DNA from: Callorhinchus milii
Taxonomy: Eukaryota
Reading direction: 5' to 3'
Length of the DNA: 64,000 nt
Assembly: GCF_018977255.1 (NCBI RefSeq)
Contig: NW_024704743.1
Location: 92,444,001 to 92,508,000 of the forward strand
The notes beneath the pieces were generated by a model. The model saw only the letters and a list, made by a program, of their open reading frames with translations. It had not been told where the DNA came from and ran no database searches. The translations under genes and the position numbers were made by a program. This document shows, piece by piece, positions 48,607-62,302 of this stretch (positions within the stretch are counted from its first letter, which is position 1; every line of letters begins with the position of its first letter).

Positions 48607-50125
48607 TCACATGGGGCTCTAAATATAGTGGACTATTTGTGCCCAGCAGTGGCCCACAAACAGTCTGAATCGATGCTGATCAATTTTTATCTGGGAGATT
48701 GTTGGGCATTCTTTTTTTTTCAAATAATGGCATTTCTCTGTCTCCCTTTATTTTAGGAGCCTGTTCATTCATCTGTCTTGCACTATTTGCCAAGAAACTG
48801 AGCGAAACTTCTTTCTACTTTTAAATAGTACCATGTGATCTTTAACATCCACCTGATTAGCGAGATGGGACCTTGGCTTAAAGTCTTATCCAAAGGATGG
48901 CACCTTCGACAGTGCAACACATCTCCAACACTGCATTGCAGTGTCCACCACAGACAAATTGCATGTGAATGCAGAAACCAGGGAGAAAGTTACAATTCCT
49001 TGAACCTGAGGCACCAATTATGCAACAGTAGTTGGGAACAGAAGAAAGGAGAGGCAGCTAGCTGTTAGATTCATCCTTTAGTGCAGTTGAGATCTGCTAC
49101 AACCAGGCCAATGTGCAACAACTTTGGAATCTAAGAGCTACATGTGAGAAAATCTACACAGAAGGAAGTTATGATAGGAAGTCCTGAGTTGGTTATTCCA
49201 GATATTAACACTAATTCAGGTAACCCATCTGCAGGAGTGAAAGTTAAAGCTGCCTTGACCTCTTTTTCTTTTGTTAAAGGATTCGTCCTCGCTCTCTGTG
49301 AAGATTTTACTGACAGTGCTCACAGCAGCGTGTCTCTCATAGCATTGAGGAGATGATTGAACCTTTCATGCTCCATTCCTCATGTTTTACTCACTTAACT
49401 CCCCAAAATAGACAACTGCCTAGGCTGAACAGTTGTACACTTGTTCAGGCTTTATTGAAGTGCAGAACATGGTTCATGAAACTTTGAATTTTTACCAGTT
49501 CATTTCACACAAACAATCCCACTTCCTAAAAATACAGATTATCTGTTTTGCAAAGACCAGCATCACAGTGTTTCCTGGATTAATATGAGTTCCTCCAACT
49601 TGCAATTCAAATGTTCCACCATTACATGAGGGAAATAACAATACTGTAATGATAATAGTCCTTATATTTCATATGGTGCCTTTCACATTGGGAGGATGTC
49701 TCAAAGTGATTCACAGGATATAAAGTGCAGTGACTGTGACTTTTCTGGGCAAACATGGCAGCCAATGCCTCACAGCAATGTCCCACAAACAGCCATGAAA
49801 CAAATGGCCTATTTTATTTGGGGGGTTGTTGGCCAGGCACCGTAAGACACTCACTTCTCTTTTCAAATAGTGCCATGGATCGTTAATGTCCACCTGAAAA
49901 GGCAGACAAGACATAACATAACTATGCATAACCATGAATTTTAGTTTATCTTGGGTACAGGCTGAAACCCAGGTTCAGAGGATCTTTGTCTAAAACTGCA
50001 GAATGAAAGAATACTCTTATCAAACACCTAAACTCAGTGGAGCATATGTTAGAAGCATGTGGGGAGTTTATGGAGTGGAGCCAATCTTAGAAATACTCGT
50101 AAAGAGGCAGAGATATCCCAATAGT

Positions 50126-50615
50126 GCAGAGGAGATTCACGAGAATGATACCAGGAATGGGGAACCTTAGCTATGAGGACAGGCTGGAAAAGTTAGGACT
50201 TTTCCCATTAGAGCAGAGAAGGTTACGCGGGGACCAGATAGAGGGCGTCAAGATCATGAAAGGTTTCGACAGGCTACATAAGGAAAAGCTGTTTCCACTG
50301 GTAGGTGTGTCTGTGACCCGTGGTCACAGTCTTAAGATATCTACTAAAAGAAGCAGAGGGGAGTTCAGAAGACATTTTTTCACTCAGCGAGTTGTTCGAA
50401 TTTGGAATGATCTGCCTGAAAGGGTAGTGAAGTCCGATTCGATAACAGCTTTTAAGAGAGAACTGGATAGGTATCTGGGGAAGATGGGTTTGCAGAGTTA
50501 TGGGGAGAAAGCTGGTGATTGGGGTTAGTGAAAATGACTTGCTCTGTCAAAGGGCCGCACAGACTCGATGGGCCGAATGGCCTCCTTATATGCCGTAACA
50601 TTCTATGAATCTATG
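50126..50615 (+). mobile_element. CR1 3' fragment; TSD AATAGT
   Basis: ORF 50124..50528 QRRFTRMIPG..YEDRL..RRLRGD..TRGHSL..FFTQRVV; (TCTATGA)n tail; TSD at 50120-50125 and 50616-50621. Confidence 0.92.
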
Positions 50616-51189
50616 AATAGTTTGGGCAGTTTGGTGGCAGTAATTCTGAAAGAAAAGAATCTGAACTTAGCATGAAGTGCCAGGTTATTAGTCTCTGATA
50701 TTTTCCTCCTGATCTTGATATTAAAGCACGTCTTAGTTGCCATCAAAGATTGCTGAACTTTGGGCAGTGAGCTTTTCTGCTTTTCTCCCTTTGTGTAAAT
50801 ATTTATTTGTTTACCCCTCTGCCCAGCATTCTGACCAGAATACTTTTATATTATGATTATTGGAACCATTATATGACTGATTATTTTGCTGGGAGAGAAG
50901 TCTTCCCACAAATAGAATCTTTGGTGGTGTTGGTCTAATTTGACAGAGTGCTGGATGGATTCACTGTTGAAACCAATTAAAAATGCTATGCGTGTCCTCA
51001 GGAAGATTTACAATCTTACACATTTCCTTTGTTACTCTCCAATGTCATTCTCTTCTGTTTTCTCTTCCCATGACTTTTATTTTAATGGGTAACTAGTGTT
51101 CCTAAACACTGGGGGAATTCCATTGTTGGGGGATTACTTTATTGTAGGAGATATCTTTCTTTAAGAGATGTTAAGCCACTCGAACCACC

Positions 51190-51600
51190 CTTAGATGAGA
51201 TGTTAAATCAATGTCCCGTCTGCATGTTCAGGTGGATTTTAAAGATCCCATGGCACTATATGAAAAGAGAATGGAGTTTTTTCTGGTGTCCTAGCCAACA
51301 ATCCCCCAAAATAAAATTGGTCATCCACTTCATGGTTATCTGTGGGGTCTTTGTGTGCAAATTGTTGTATGCAAATTTTCCCTCAAGCAATGGTGCTATA
51401 CCAAACAAATGCAAGCGTTAAACCAAGGTCATCACTGACTTTTTAGGTGGATATTAAAGATCCAATGACACTATAAAGAGTTTCTCCCTGTATCCTGGCT
51501 AACAATCCTTCAATAAAATTGATCATTCACGGTATTGCTGTTGGTGGAACTGTTGTAGACAAATTGATTGCTGCATTTGCTTTAAAAATACAGTCACTAC
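51190..51600 (+). mobile_element. Two tandem partial DeuSINE bodies
   Basis: AGGTGGAT(T/A)TTAAAGATCC..CACTAT occurs at ~51230 and ~51445. Confidence 0.65.
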
Positions 51601-52459
51601 AGTACACATGACCTGATCCCTACCTTGACTAATCATTTACTATTAATGTGCCTACAGAAAGCCTTGCTATTCCACTTCATGATTCTACTTATTTTCTCTC
51701 ATATTTCCTCTCTGCCATTTGTCCACAGTCATGATATGAATGATCAATTAGTCTGGAGGATTGTTGACCAGGAGCTAGGAAAAACTACTTCTGACAATGT
51801 AGCTCTTACCCAGTAATACATAATGGGCATGTATATCTCTTTAGCATGAGAAAGGAGAACCTTACATTTACGTGCTGTTGTACAACCCCTCTGGGCAACT
51901 ATCCAAGCAAGTCACATTCCATTGACCAACTTTGTTAAGCATAGAGCACTCATGATATTTTCCTATTGTTATTGCTGTGTGATTTAACAATATGTTTTAA
52001 CTAGTAGAAATCCATCAACATGAAAAATACTGTGCTGTGCAGCCAGCAATGTAAGTGTGTGAATGTACTGATCGCCCAAGTGCTTTCAAAGCTGTTTCGT
52101 AACAGTCCATCACTGACATTGTCATTAATCTTGCTAATTCCATGAGTGTTGATTATGGCAATTGTTTCTTCCGCAATATTCACAAAAGTAGAATATGTAG
52201 GGGTCGAAGATCCAAAGGTCAAGGAATTCTACAGTGTCCAGAATATAATGGAACATCTGATTAATTGTACCAATGCTGGCTTTTAGCGCCTTGGGACGTC
52301 CTCTCGTCGTGAAAGGCACAATACAAATGCAATTTTGTTGTTGTTATTCCTATTCTTTTCACCTGCCCTTCTTCACATTTATCAACAATATAAAGATATT
52401 GTGTGGGATTGTTTTGGCATGCTTTAAAGTGCCTTTCATTGTTTGCAGAACACAAAGGT

Positions 52460-53466
52460 ATCATAGAATCATATAGCACAGAAGGAGGCCATTCAACCCA
52501 TCTTGTCTTTGCCGGCTCTTTGAAAAGAGCTATCCAATTCAATCCCGCTCTCTCCCCATAGCCCTGCAAACTTGTCCACTCCAAATAATTATCTACTGCT
52601 CTCTTAAAAGTTGCTATCGAATCGGCTTCCACCACCCTTTCAGGCAATGCATTCCAGATCTGAACAACTAGCTATGTGAAAAAAAAATTCCTCTCCTCCC
52701 CTCTGTTTCTTTTAACCACTATTTTAAATCGGTGCCCTTTGGTTACCGACCCACCTGCCAGTGGAAATAATTTCTCCATGTTCACTCTATCGAATCCCCT
52801 CAAAATTTTGACAAATTTCTATTAAGTCTCCTCGTAACCTTCTCTTCTCCAAGGAGAATAATCCTAGCTTCTCTCGCCTCTCCTGATAACTGAAGTCCCT
52901 CATTCTTGGTACCATCCTGGTAAATCTCCTTTGCACCCTCTCCAATGCCTTGACATCCTTCCTAAAGTGTGGTGCCCAGAACTGAACACAGTACTCTAGC
53001 TAAGGCCTAACCAATGTTTTAAAAAGGTTTATCATAACTTCCTGACTTTTGTATTCTGTGCCCCTATTTATAAAGCCTTGTATCCTGTATGCTTTTTTTA
53101 ACACCTTTATCTACCTGTCCTGCCATCTTCAAAGATTTACTTATATGAACCTCCAGCTCTCTCTGTTGCTTCATCCACTTTAAGATTCTACCATCAGCTT
53201 ATATTGCCTTTCCTCATTCTTCCTCCCAAAATGTATTAGTTTGCATTTCTCCACATTAAACTTCATCTGCCACGTGTCTGCCCATTTTACCAGTCTGTCT
53301 ATGTCCACTTGCAGTCTGCTACTATACCATATCCTGACTTTAATACCATGGGCTTCTCTTTTACTTGCAAGCCTCTTATGTGGCACTTTATCAAACCCTT
53401 TTGAAAATCCATATAAACTATATCAACTGCACCATCTTCATCCACACTCTGTTATTTCATCAAAAG
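52460..53466 (-). mobile_element. CR1 LINE, 5'-truncated and internally deleted
   Basis: TCATAGAATCATA tail; PHKRL.., LQVDIDRLVKWADTWQMKFNVEKCK and PERVVEADSI remnants. Confidence 0.9.
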
Positions 53467-53764
53467 GTACAACAACAAGCTACAAAGGTGGATGAAAGCA
53501 TCAGCAGTTCAAATCTGGGGACCAAAGGAAATTGAGAACTTGAACCCAATTCCAAACTAGCAGCATTGAAGATCTCAGGTTACAATAAATTGGGATGATA
53601 AAAACAGAGCAATCATTTGCACATGAATTTGCAATTGTATTTGTGTTCCACATGGAATGGTTATTTGTTCCTCCTGTAGTTGTTGAGTTCAAGTATTTTG
53701 ATGCTTTGGCATTTCCCATTAACGAGATGAAGAAATTATATCGCAGAGTCACAGAAGATTTGCT

Positions 53765-54020
53765 CTCAGTAATGTTCCGCAAATGGTCAAGAAGTGAATG
53801 ACCAATTTTACGTGGGGAAATATTGCTGTAATGTTGCTCCCTTCATTTTTCAGTATTGCCATGGGAACTTTAACATCCACCTGAACAGGTGGTTGGGACT
53901 TGATTTGACATCTAATCTGAAGGACAGCACCTCCATCAATGCAGGACACTCCCAGCACTGAACTGGAATTTCATCCGAGACTTGGAATTCACAGTTTTAA
54001 TGTGGAACTTCAACCCACAA
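53765..54020 (-). mobile_element. Deu-domain SINE fragment
   Basis: Reverse-complement Deu core (GCCATGGGAACTTTAACATCCACCTGAAC..GACAGCACCTCC). Confidence 0.65.
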
Positions 54021-54637
54021 TCTCCCTCAATATCCAGTGCTCCACTACCTGGACCTAACTTGTAAGGTAGAAAATGCAATGTTTCATAACAAATTCAATG
54101 TGATAATTGTATTAAATATGCTCTGAAATATACCATGTACCATATACGATGAAGTACTCAATGACTTAAAATCCTGAATTCACAGATGAGGCCTCTATGG
54201 AGGATAATCCATAGCCAATATCCATGGAGACCTCCTGCATCTTTGAACCTAGATCCTGACTTTGGAGGGTGTTGGATTATTTATCCTGTGAAGAGCGCTG
54301 TATAAATGCAAGGTGTTGTTGACTCTCTATGACATGAGTATTGAAGAATCTTCTGAAGAGATATGAAAGTATATATTTCCTCAAAATCTTTGCATGCTGA
54401 CATTACCACATGGAAGGCACACTCTATGGCCTAAATATAGTATCTGTGGACTGTACAATGTGTACAATGTTTAGTAGCAGTAGTGCATCTGCGTAATAAC
54501 ATTACCAGGATTATTTTGGGGGTGCTAAGAGCAGCATGTGCCAAATTAACTGTATCCAGTAGATTCAAGAACCTATCAATGCTGATAAAACCATGCTGCC
54601 TTCTTCTTCTTCTTCTTCTTCTTCGTGACACACGTAC

Positions 54638-55052
54638 AACAACAACAATATTACATTTGTATAGCACATTTCACTCGGGAGGACGTCCCAAGGTGCTGGA
54701 CAGTGTTCAGCATTCCAGACCCGAGCTGGGGTCAGGGCGGGAGAAGGGAGGGGAGGGGAAGGGGGGTGGCCAATGGCATGGTCAATGAGGAGGGTCTTGA
54801 GGCGGGACTTGAAGGAGGCTTAGGAGGGGGCGAGGCAGAGTGGTTGGGGGATGGAATTCCAGAGGTTGCGCGCAGAGTGGCTGAAGGCTCTCCCGCCAAT
54901 GGTGGGGCGGTGGATGTGGAGCAGGCCGGAGCCGGCTGAGCAGAGCGAGCGGACGGGTTGACAGGGGTTAGGAGGTCGCGAGGCCATGGAGGGCTTTGTA
55001 GGTGAGGACCAGGATCCTGAACTACATCCTCTGAAGGCTAGGGAGCCATATG
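54638..55052 (-). mobile_element. 5'-truncated L2; TSD GTAC
   Basis: (AAC)n tail; RSLCSAGSGLLHI..IGGRAFSHSARNLWNSIP; GTAC at 54634-54637 and 55053-55056. Confidence 0.9.
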
Positions 55053-55519
55053 GTACCTGGCTAAAACAAATGAAAAAAGAGGCCCTAGCACAAGCGAGCC
55101 TGAGTGACATTTTGTTTGGCCTGTGATTCAGGGAACCTGCCAAATTCCATCCATTTCTGGCTATCCAGGGACTCCCTTCAAGTGAAAATTGGAACAATCA
55201 TTCATGATCCTGCACTTTATGTCATCTTGTGAAAGTGTAGATACTGTGCATGGGAAAGCAATATCAAAGCTCAGTGAATGAAATAATTCATTGATTTCCT
55301 TCGTTGATTCATTCGTTGATTTCCATGAAATCAACAAAATACAGAACTGCCTTCTTCTTCGTGACACAGGTACCTGGTTAAAACAATTGAAAAAAGAGGC
55401 TCTAACACAAGCGAGCCTGAGTGAGTATTTTGTGTCTTCAATTTTGATTGAAGGGTCTAAAATTGTGATGATTCAAGCCAGAAATTCACAGTAAATTTAC
55501 AACTGGAGTCTGCTTCTAT

Positions 55520-55857
55520 AATAATAAATAAATAATAATCCTTGCATTTGATATAGCACTTTTCACATCTTCTAGATGTCTCAAAGTGCTTCATGGAATA
55601 TACTGTAAAGTGAATTGACTGTATATTTGTGGGCGAAATGCGGCAGACAATTGTGCACAGCAGTGTCCCACAAACAGTCGTGGATTGAAGTTATTATTAT
55701 TATGAAGTTAATACAAATTATTATTATTATTTTTTTCTTGAGGGATTATTATCAGGCATGTGGAGTAAGGCAACTTGCCCAAGGTTTTGCCCTGCCGAGA
55801 ATCGAACCCATGTCTCTCACTTGTGAGGCGAGTGCTCTAACCACTGAGCTACAGGAC
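55520..55857 (-). mobile_element. tRNA-headed SINE (short variant), full length
   Basis: Head, CCTTGGGCAAG segment, shared 3' body and (ATT)n tail. Confidence 0.9.
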
Positions 55858-56921
55858 TTCATCAGGACTCCAGGACTCCTAATAATTGAACTACATCATG
55901 AGCCATGCAGTGTTTCCACTCATGTGAGCAGAGTTCCCTTGGGTCAACATGAAGTACTTCCCGTTACTTGAAGGATCTCATTTAAAGCTTGGGTTCCTCA
56001 TTAAGGAATACAGTTGCAAATCATGACAATTTAAGTCCCACTCTGTGAATCAAAGTGGGACAAAGGAGCTTGTTTGAATCCAGTTGTTGATGTAAATGGA
56101 TGTAAATCTTAATACACTCTGACATATAAGCAATGTGTAATTTGAAATTACAGGGAGAAAGAAAGTATTCAAAAAAGGCTTAAGGAGGAGAGAAAGGATC
56201 TGTGTTGATGTGCTTTCCATTCCAATTTAGTCACTACTTATGATTGGTTAAATAGCCCTGAATTATTTTAACATGCTGCTCTACTTATAGCCTTAGGACA
56301 TCTTTGTTCTTTGAACATTTCAGGTATGTTCTAGATTTTGTTACAATCAGTAACATTCTGGTTGAGCTTCTCAAATGGCTATTTGAATTAGATCTACTTG
56401 TTAGTCAGTGCATGGGTCATTGACGCTGTCATTCAGGTAACCAATAATTTATAACAGCCTTGATATGTTTTATGTGCATTGTGCTTTAGGCATGTCTGTC
56501 AATGGCTGCAATCAATTTACATGTGTCAACCTTGTCTTCACAAGGTGAGGAATCACAACTCTCAGGATTGCTATATATTTCCTTCTTATTCCTAGTGACA
56601 GCACCAATAACATCCAGGCCAACTAAAACACATGTTTATATTGTAAAGCTTCTTCTATATTACATTAATAACATAGCTGCACCTATCTATTGTGAAAAGT
56701 TGTCCAAGTCATACAAGTTACAGGGCCGCAGGGGTTTTGTCGTGTGGGCTCATGCCCACTGTGATGTCAATTAGGATAACCCAAGCCTACTTTATTACGG
56801 CACTTAAGTACCATTGGTGAGAGGAATCTTTAATTTTTTCAGTGTACTGTGTACTTCCAAGCAGCCACTCAGAAATGAATTAATATTGGTAAGCTTTATA
56901 CTAGGCATGTCCTAATATTAC

Positions 56922-57333
56922 TGTGTCAGCTTGGCTCAGTGGCAGAAGATTGTGGGTTCAAGTCCCACATTGGGATTTGGAATCACATAGTCTAAGCTGA
57001 CACTTAATTCCAGTGTTGGGGGTGTTGGAGTTGTCATCTTTCAGATGAGAAGTTAAACCAAGGTCCCCGTCTGCCTGTTCAGATGGATCTTAAAGATCCC
57101 AGGGTACCTGAAGGGAGTTTCTAACCATGTCCTGGACAACAATCCCCCAAATACAAAAACTGGTAATTTGTTTCATGGCTGTTTTTGGGACACTTCTGTA
57201 CGCAATTGTGCTGCCGCATTTTCTAGAAATATAGTGACTCCATTTTATAGTAAAATTCGGTGAAGCACTTTGAGATGTCCTCCCGATGTGGTAAGGCACA
57301 ATACCAAATCCAATGATTATTATTTTTATTATT
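56922..57333 (+). mobile_element. Near full-length Deu-domain SINE
   Basis: TGGCTCAGTGG / GGGTTCAAGTCC boxes, Deu core and L2-type tail. Confidence 0.8.
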
Positions 57334-58197
57334 ACAGTGATATGCCTATTATTACCTCCCCTCTCCCTGACTCGGCATCAAGCTATGTTAAGTGCTCCAA
57401 GGGAGGAAGAAAGAGAGGGAGGAAAGATGCCTAAAGGAGAGTATTAAAGTACATGAGGAAAAGCCAGGGAAATGGATTGAAAGATCTGCCATAGTGTAAT
57501 AAATTGGAATAATAGGTACGATTAGCTGAATGCTGAATGCTTATTTATTCTAACTGCTTTCCACTCCACCTTAGACTGATGGGATACAAGTTTCAACTTG
57601 TTGTCTGTAATAAGAGCCTTATACAAAGTAAGAAAGTCAAATATCAACCCAGTTCCTGGTAACCGCAAATCCATGGAATAAATTCAACATATAATTTGAA
57701 AAGTGAGGTCAGGACTTCAGACCCATTTTCCTGGAAGTTGTGAGACTGTGAGTAAATTTGCTCTTCTCCTTAATTGATCCGTGGGGATATGCGATTGTAC
57801 AACAATAAAACCTGCATGGTTACAACCTTGATGACTGAAGTCTAATCTCTCCAACTCGTGCCTCAAAATCATTCCAAATACCTTACCAAATCTGGATGAT
57901 TTTGACTCTGTAACTGAGTGCTTAAGATGGCAAAATGTCTTAACTCCAAACTTTAATATCCCTAAGCTGATAAGTATAAAAATGTTTTCTTTTGATCCAT
58001 ACAGTGTTTTAAATAAATGGACAACAATCAAAGGTTTCACACTATTTTGATGGTTTAAGCCACCTCAGTGATCAGAATGATAATAACAATAGGAAGCGCA
58101 GTCTGTTCCATCAATACAACTACCACTATGTGTCGCATAAGATTTAACTTTTTGCGATTAGTGAAGTTTAAACATCAAGGAGGCTGCTCTGCTTAGG

Positions 58198-58295
58198 TTG
58201 AAGGCAGATGTCTATCGAATAGGTGATGAGGAAACTCTGAGCCTTGGAGCGACTGCTGCTGGAAGGTGTTACCTGGAGTTCTGGGTTTGTGAACA
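58198..58295 (+). mobile_element. Internal fragment of the unassigned LINE (third copy)
   Basis: GAAGGCAGATGTC..TGATGAGGAAACT..CTTGGAGCGAC.GCTGCT matches 46261-46350. Confidence 0.7.
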
Positions 58296-58724
58296 CATGC
58301 TCATATATTTAAGGCTTGGACGGCACTATTTATAATAATAATAATAATACTTGCATTTCATATAGCGCCTTATCACATCTTCGAGATGTCTCACAGCGCT
58401 TCACAGAATATACTGTAAAGTGAATTGACTGTATATTTTGTATATTTTGTATTTGAAAAGAGAAGAGAGTTTCACCTGGTGTCCTGGCCAACAAGCTCCG
58501 ATAAAATTGGTCACACTGTTTGTGAATCCTTGTGGTTTGTCAAATGACTGCCGAGTTTGCCTACTAATCATTGCACTTGATACAATTATCTAAGAAGTAC
58601 TTTGAGATTATTACTATAACTCATTCCAAATATTATAAAGTAAGATCAATGATTCACTTCTACTCTAGACATGAGCTTGTATCTGGACTGCTGTCCATTA
58701 TGACTTTGTGTTGGACTTGTTTAA

Positions 58725-59203
58725 TAATATTAATAATCCTTGTATTTGGTATAGTGCCTTAACATGTCTTTGAGGCTGAGAAATTGCTTCACAGAATATG
58801 CTGTAAAGTCGAGTGACTGTATTTTTTGTGGGCAAGCACAGCAACCAATATATGCAAAGCAATGTCCCACAAACAACAATGAAGTGAAAGACTTAAAATT
58901 TTTATTTTGGGGAATATTGGCCAAGACACTAGGATAAACTCTGTTCTCTTTTCAAAGAGTGAATCTTTAACTCCATTCACAGTTTGGCTCCTTCCTACCC
59001 TCTTCAATGTATTTTTAAACAATTAATGGAACAGATTAATGTGTTGCCTGTCGATCATCAGTTAATACCTAACATCAGAACAGGTAGATGTGACCTCGGT
59101 TTAATGTCTCATCCAAAGGACGTGGACCTCCAAAAATGCAGCACAACTCTAGCACTGCACTGGAGTGTCATCTTAGATTACATGGATTCCAAGTCCCAAC
59201 ATG
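58725..59203 (-). mobile_element. Deu-domain SINE carrying a ~90-bp templated insertion
   Basis: SINE homology on both sides of 58972-59060, which matches 59539-59628. Confidence 0.7.
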
Positions 59204-60364
59204 TTCATCAGTTCATCAATAAAAGAGGATGATGTGGTTTTCCTCTTCAGCCTTCCTGCGATGGTAGAATGTTTCCTGTAGTACATACAGCACATTTAGT
59301 CAATCTAATATAGTCTATCATTTCTGAACCAAAATCTCACAGCTGAGATTAGGATCAGATGAAGGTGCCACAGGGTGATAATGATGTTGGCAGCTCTGCG
59401 GAACATGGTGATAGAGAAAGGGGCAACTGGGATCAACAGCTTTGCTACAGTGCTAAATAGAAATTGTCAGTAACTCAGTTTGTAACTGCATTGATTCTGA
59501 TTGTGACTTACAGAGCTTTGGGGATATAGTTCCCAAAATCCATTCACAGTTTGGTTTCTTCCTATCATCTTGAAAGCACTTTTTAAAAAAATAATGAAAT
59601 GGATTAATGTGTTGCCTGTCAATCATCACTACTATGTAACACATCAAAGCACCGTATAAAGTAGGAATGAAGCTCATAACGCAGACATCTGGTGACAAGC
59701 CACAGAGCGTGTGATATTCAGTCAAAGCAATGTTTCTGGGATAAAATTGTGTGGGAAGGGAATGCAAAAATGTAGATTCATGTCAAGGTGGTAGATTATA
59801 TTGTGTCATCTATGTGCCTCTCAAGCCTTTCTTCACTGTTGTCTCAGAGGATGAGGAAGCAATACAATGATTTCAATATGAGAAACAAAATCACTGTCAG
59901 TGAAGAGATTGGATTGGATTTGGCTGTTGTATCAATTTCACATCACAAGATCACAAGATTCGTTCAGATGAAGAAGACGCTTCAGCCCATTTGATCTCTT
60001 TCTTCAGTGATCTTCTGTCCGGAAAATTTTTTTCCTTTCAATATTAGCATAAATACAAGCAATGGAGAGCAAATGTACACTGATATGTATCTCAGCTGTC
60101 ACTCAACAACAACAAATTGCATTTATATAGTTCACAGTTTCTTCAAACAAGATAATTCTTCAATGATCTGATTCAAATGTTTAAATACTACCATAATGTA
60201 TTGGTTGAATTGACTCAATATGTCAAGCAAGGGATGAGATCTTGATCACAAGTCGATCAGACCCAAAATAACACAGCCCCTCATTTGCCAACCCAGATCA
60301 AAATCAGTGAAATCTGCCAAATGTGAGTGAAACCATGGTTCAGGTGTATTAGCATGTAATATAG

Positions 60365-60710
60365 GTGTATTAGGGGTTTTGTCAGGATGAATAGGGAGAT
60401 GTTATTTCCATTGATTGTGGAATCAGTGACATGGGGACATATTTACAATGCAGCCACAATAACACTGAAAGGAGAACTTAGGAGGAATTTTTTCACCTAC
60501 AGAATGATTGGGATGTAGCACACCCGGCTGAGTAGGATGATGGAGTGACAGTCAATTGTAGCTTTCAAGAGAGAAATGTAAAGATATATGAAGTGGAAGG
60601 TCTTAAAGGGATATAGAGATAAGGTGGAACAGTGGTATATAAAGGGGAAGGGCTTGAAATTACATAGAGATAAAGTGGAGCAGTGGCCTCCTTCTGCACT
60701 GTAGATTTTT
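60365..60710 (+). mobile_element. Decayed CR1 3' fragment with a ~51-bp internal tandem duplication (60585-60686)
   Basis: GF.RMNRE.LFPL..T.GH..LRRNFF remnant; ..ATAGAGATAA.GTGGA.CAGTGG occurs twice. Confidence 0.65.
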
Positions 60711-61529
60711 ATTTTTATATATGTTTCTATTATTTATTTTGTGTTCAGTCTGTTGGTGAAGTGACTCTGCAACAGACAGGTAATAGAAAATGTTTAAATG
60801 ATTTTGCTCTCATGTCAGTATATAAATAAATCAATATCAGGTACAACAATGGAGTGTTATTTGCTACTCTGCTCCAACAAAGGCCCAGTATTCCACTCAG
60901 TCATAGTCTTAACATTTAATAATATGTAGAAGCATGAAACATTCTTAAAGTTAGTCTTAAAAAGTTTTTTTTTTAAATGAACTAAATTAACACTGAATTT
61001 AAGAGTTTCACACAATTCTGAACAATCATAAATTCTCTAAATAGTCTTACAGGCTAAGGATACATAGTATTTTGGGTCAAAAGTGTCCTAACCCCAATTC
61101 CAAAAGAGTGACCCCTTCTTACTAGAGTGCCATTACCATTTCCCACACCAGCAATTTTTATTGACCTTGATTGTAAGTGTTCATTTCTATCACATTTTTG
61201 AAAGTTTTATATTTTTGCCTCTGCTGCTAATAGCAAAGGTGCTAAAACTGCCTGAGGCTATTTCACATGTGGATTTTATAGCCAGCAGAAAGTGTAGTGT
61301 ATTCCGCAACAGATCCTAGCGATGAAAGTAGGGTGAGTTATACTTCGCTCATTTGAATGGTTTCATTTGCATTAAAGCACATACAGAAGAGCCAGAATTG
61401 TACACCAGAATTTCTGAAAAAGCTTCACATGAGTGTTAAGTGACTGTGTATTTGTACACAGCAATTCATTTATGAAAAGCAATGTCTCACCAACAACCAA
61501 AAAGAGAATGAGAATTACTGGCAACAATT

Positions 61530-62030
61530 ACATCTGTGTGAAGTAGTTCCTCCTAAATTCTATTTTTGGTCCCTTAGTCACTATATTATATTTGTGTCCC
61601 TGACTATGACCTCCCCAACCAGGGAAACAGCTTATTATGTTACCTTTTTTGAACCCTTTTATGATTTTAAACACCTCTATTAAGTGCCCCCTAAAATGTC
61701 TCTAGCGAAAAAATGCCTAACCTATCCAATCTAATCTGATTGCAGTAACCTCCCAGCACTGATATCATCCTCATAAACCTATGCTGGACTCATCCCACGC
61801 TGCTGTGTCTTTCTTATGGTGTGGACACCCGAATTGGACACAATATTCCGGATGTGGTCTAGCCAAGGCTTTGTATAACCAAAGTTTCAAAGCGCTCTGA
61901 GACGCCGTCTGGCGTGGAGGGTCCTGTATAAATCCAAGTTGTTGTTGTTGTTGTATAAATTTAAAATCACTTCCTCACTTTTGTATTCCATCCCCCGGAA
62001 ATAAAGTTCAAGTTCCCATTGGCCTTTTTT
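61530..62030 (-). mobile_element. Decayed CR1 with a nested L2 tail (61879-61950, plus strand; TSD TTGTATAA)
   Basis: Minus strand LYKALARPHPEYCVQF motif; TSD at 61871-61878 and 61951-61958. Confidence 0.8.
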
Positions 62031-62302
62031 TTATAGCTGGTACTCAATTGCATGAAAAGATTTTTTNATTTGCTGTTCAACCACAGTTAAATATTTAATT
62101 GCTTTAATTCTCAGAAGGAATTTCTTTAGATCTGAGAGAATGATTGGATTTCATTAAACATACTGAGTTGTGACATGCTGCTTGGTTTAGTAACAGTGCT
62201 CCATTGCCATTGATGAATTGCTGCTGGGAAGGAGAGATTTACTTCTGGCCATGTGGCTTGCTGAACATTGACTCAAATAAACTCAGTGACCTCTTATTCC
62301 TG

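Noticed and set aside
53595..53801. Exon candidate VVEFKYFDALAFPINEMKKLY..
   Set aside because: The putative donor lies in an antisense DeuSINE and the peptide is not recognised.
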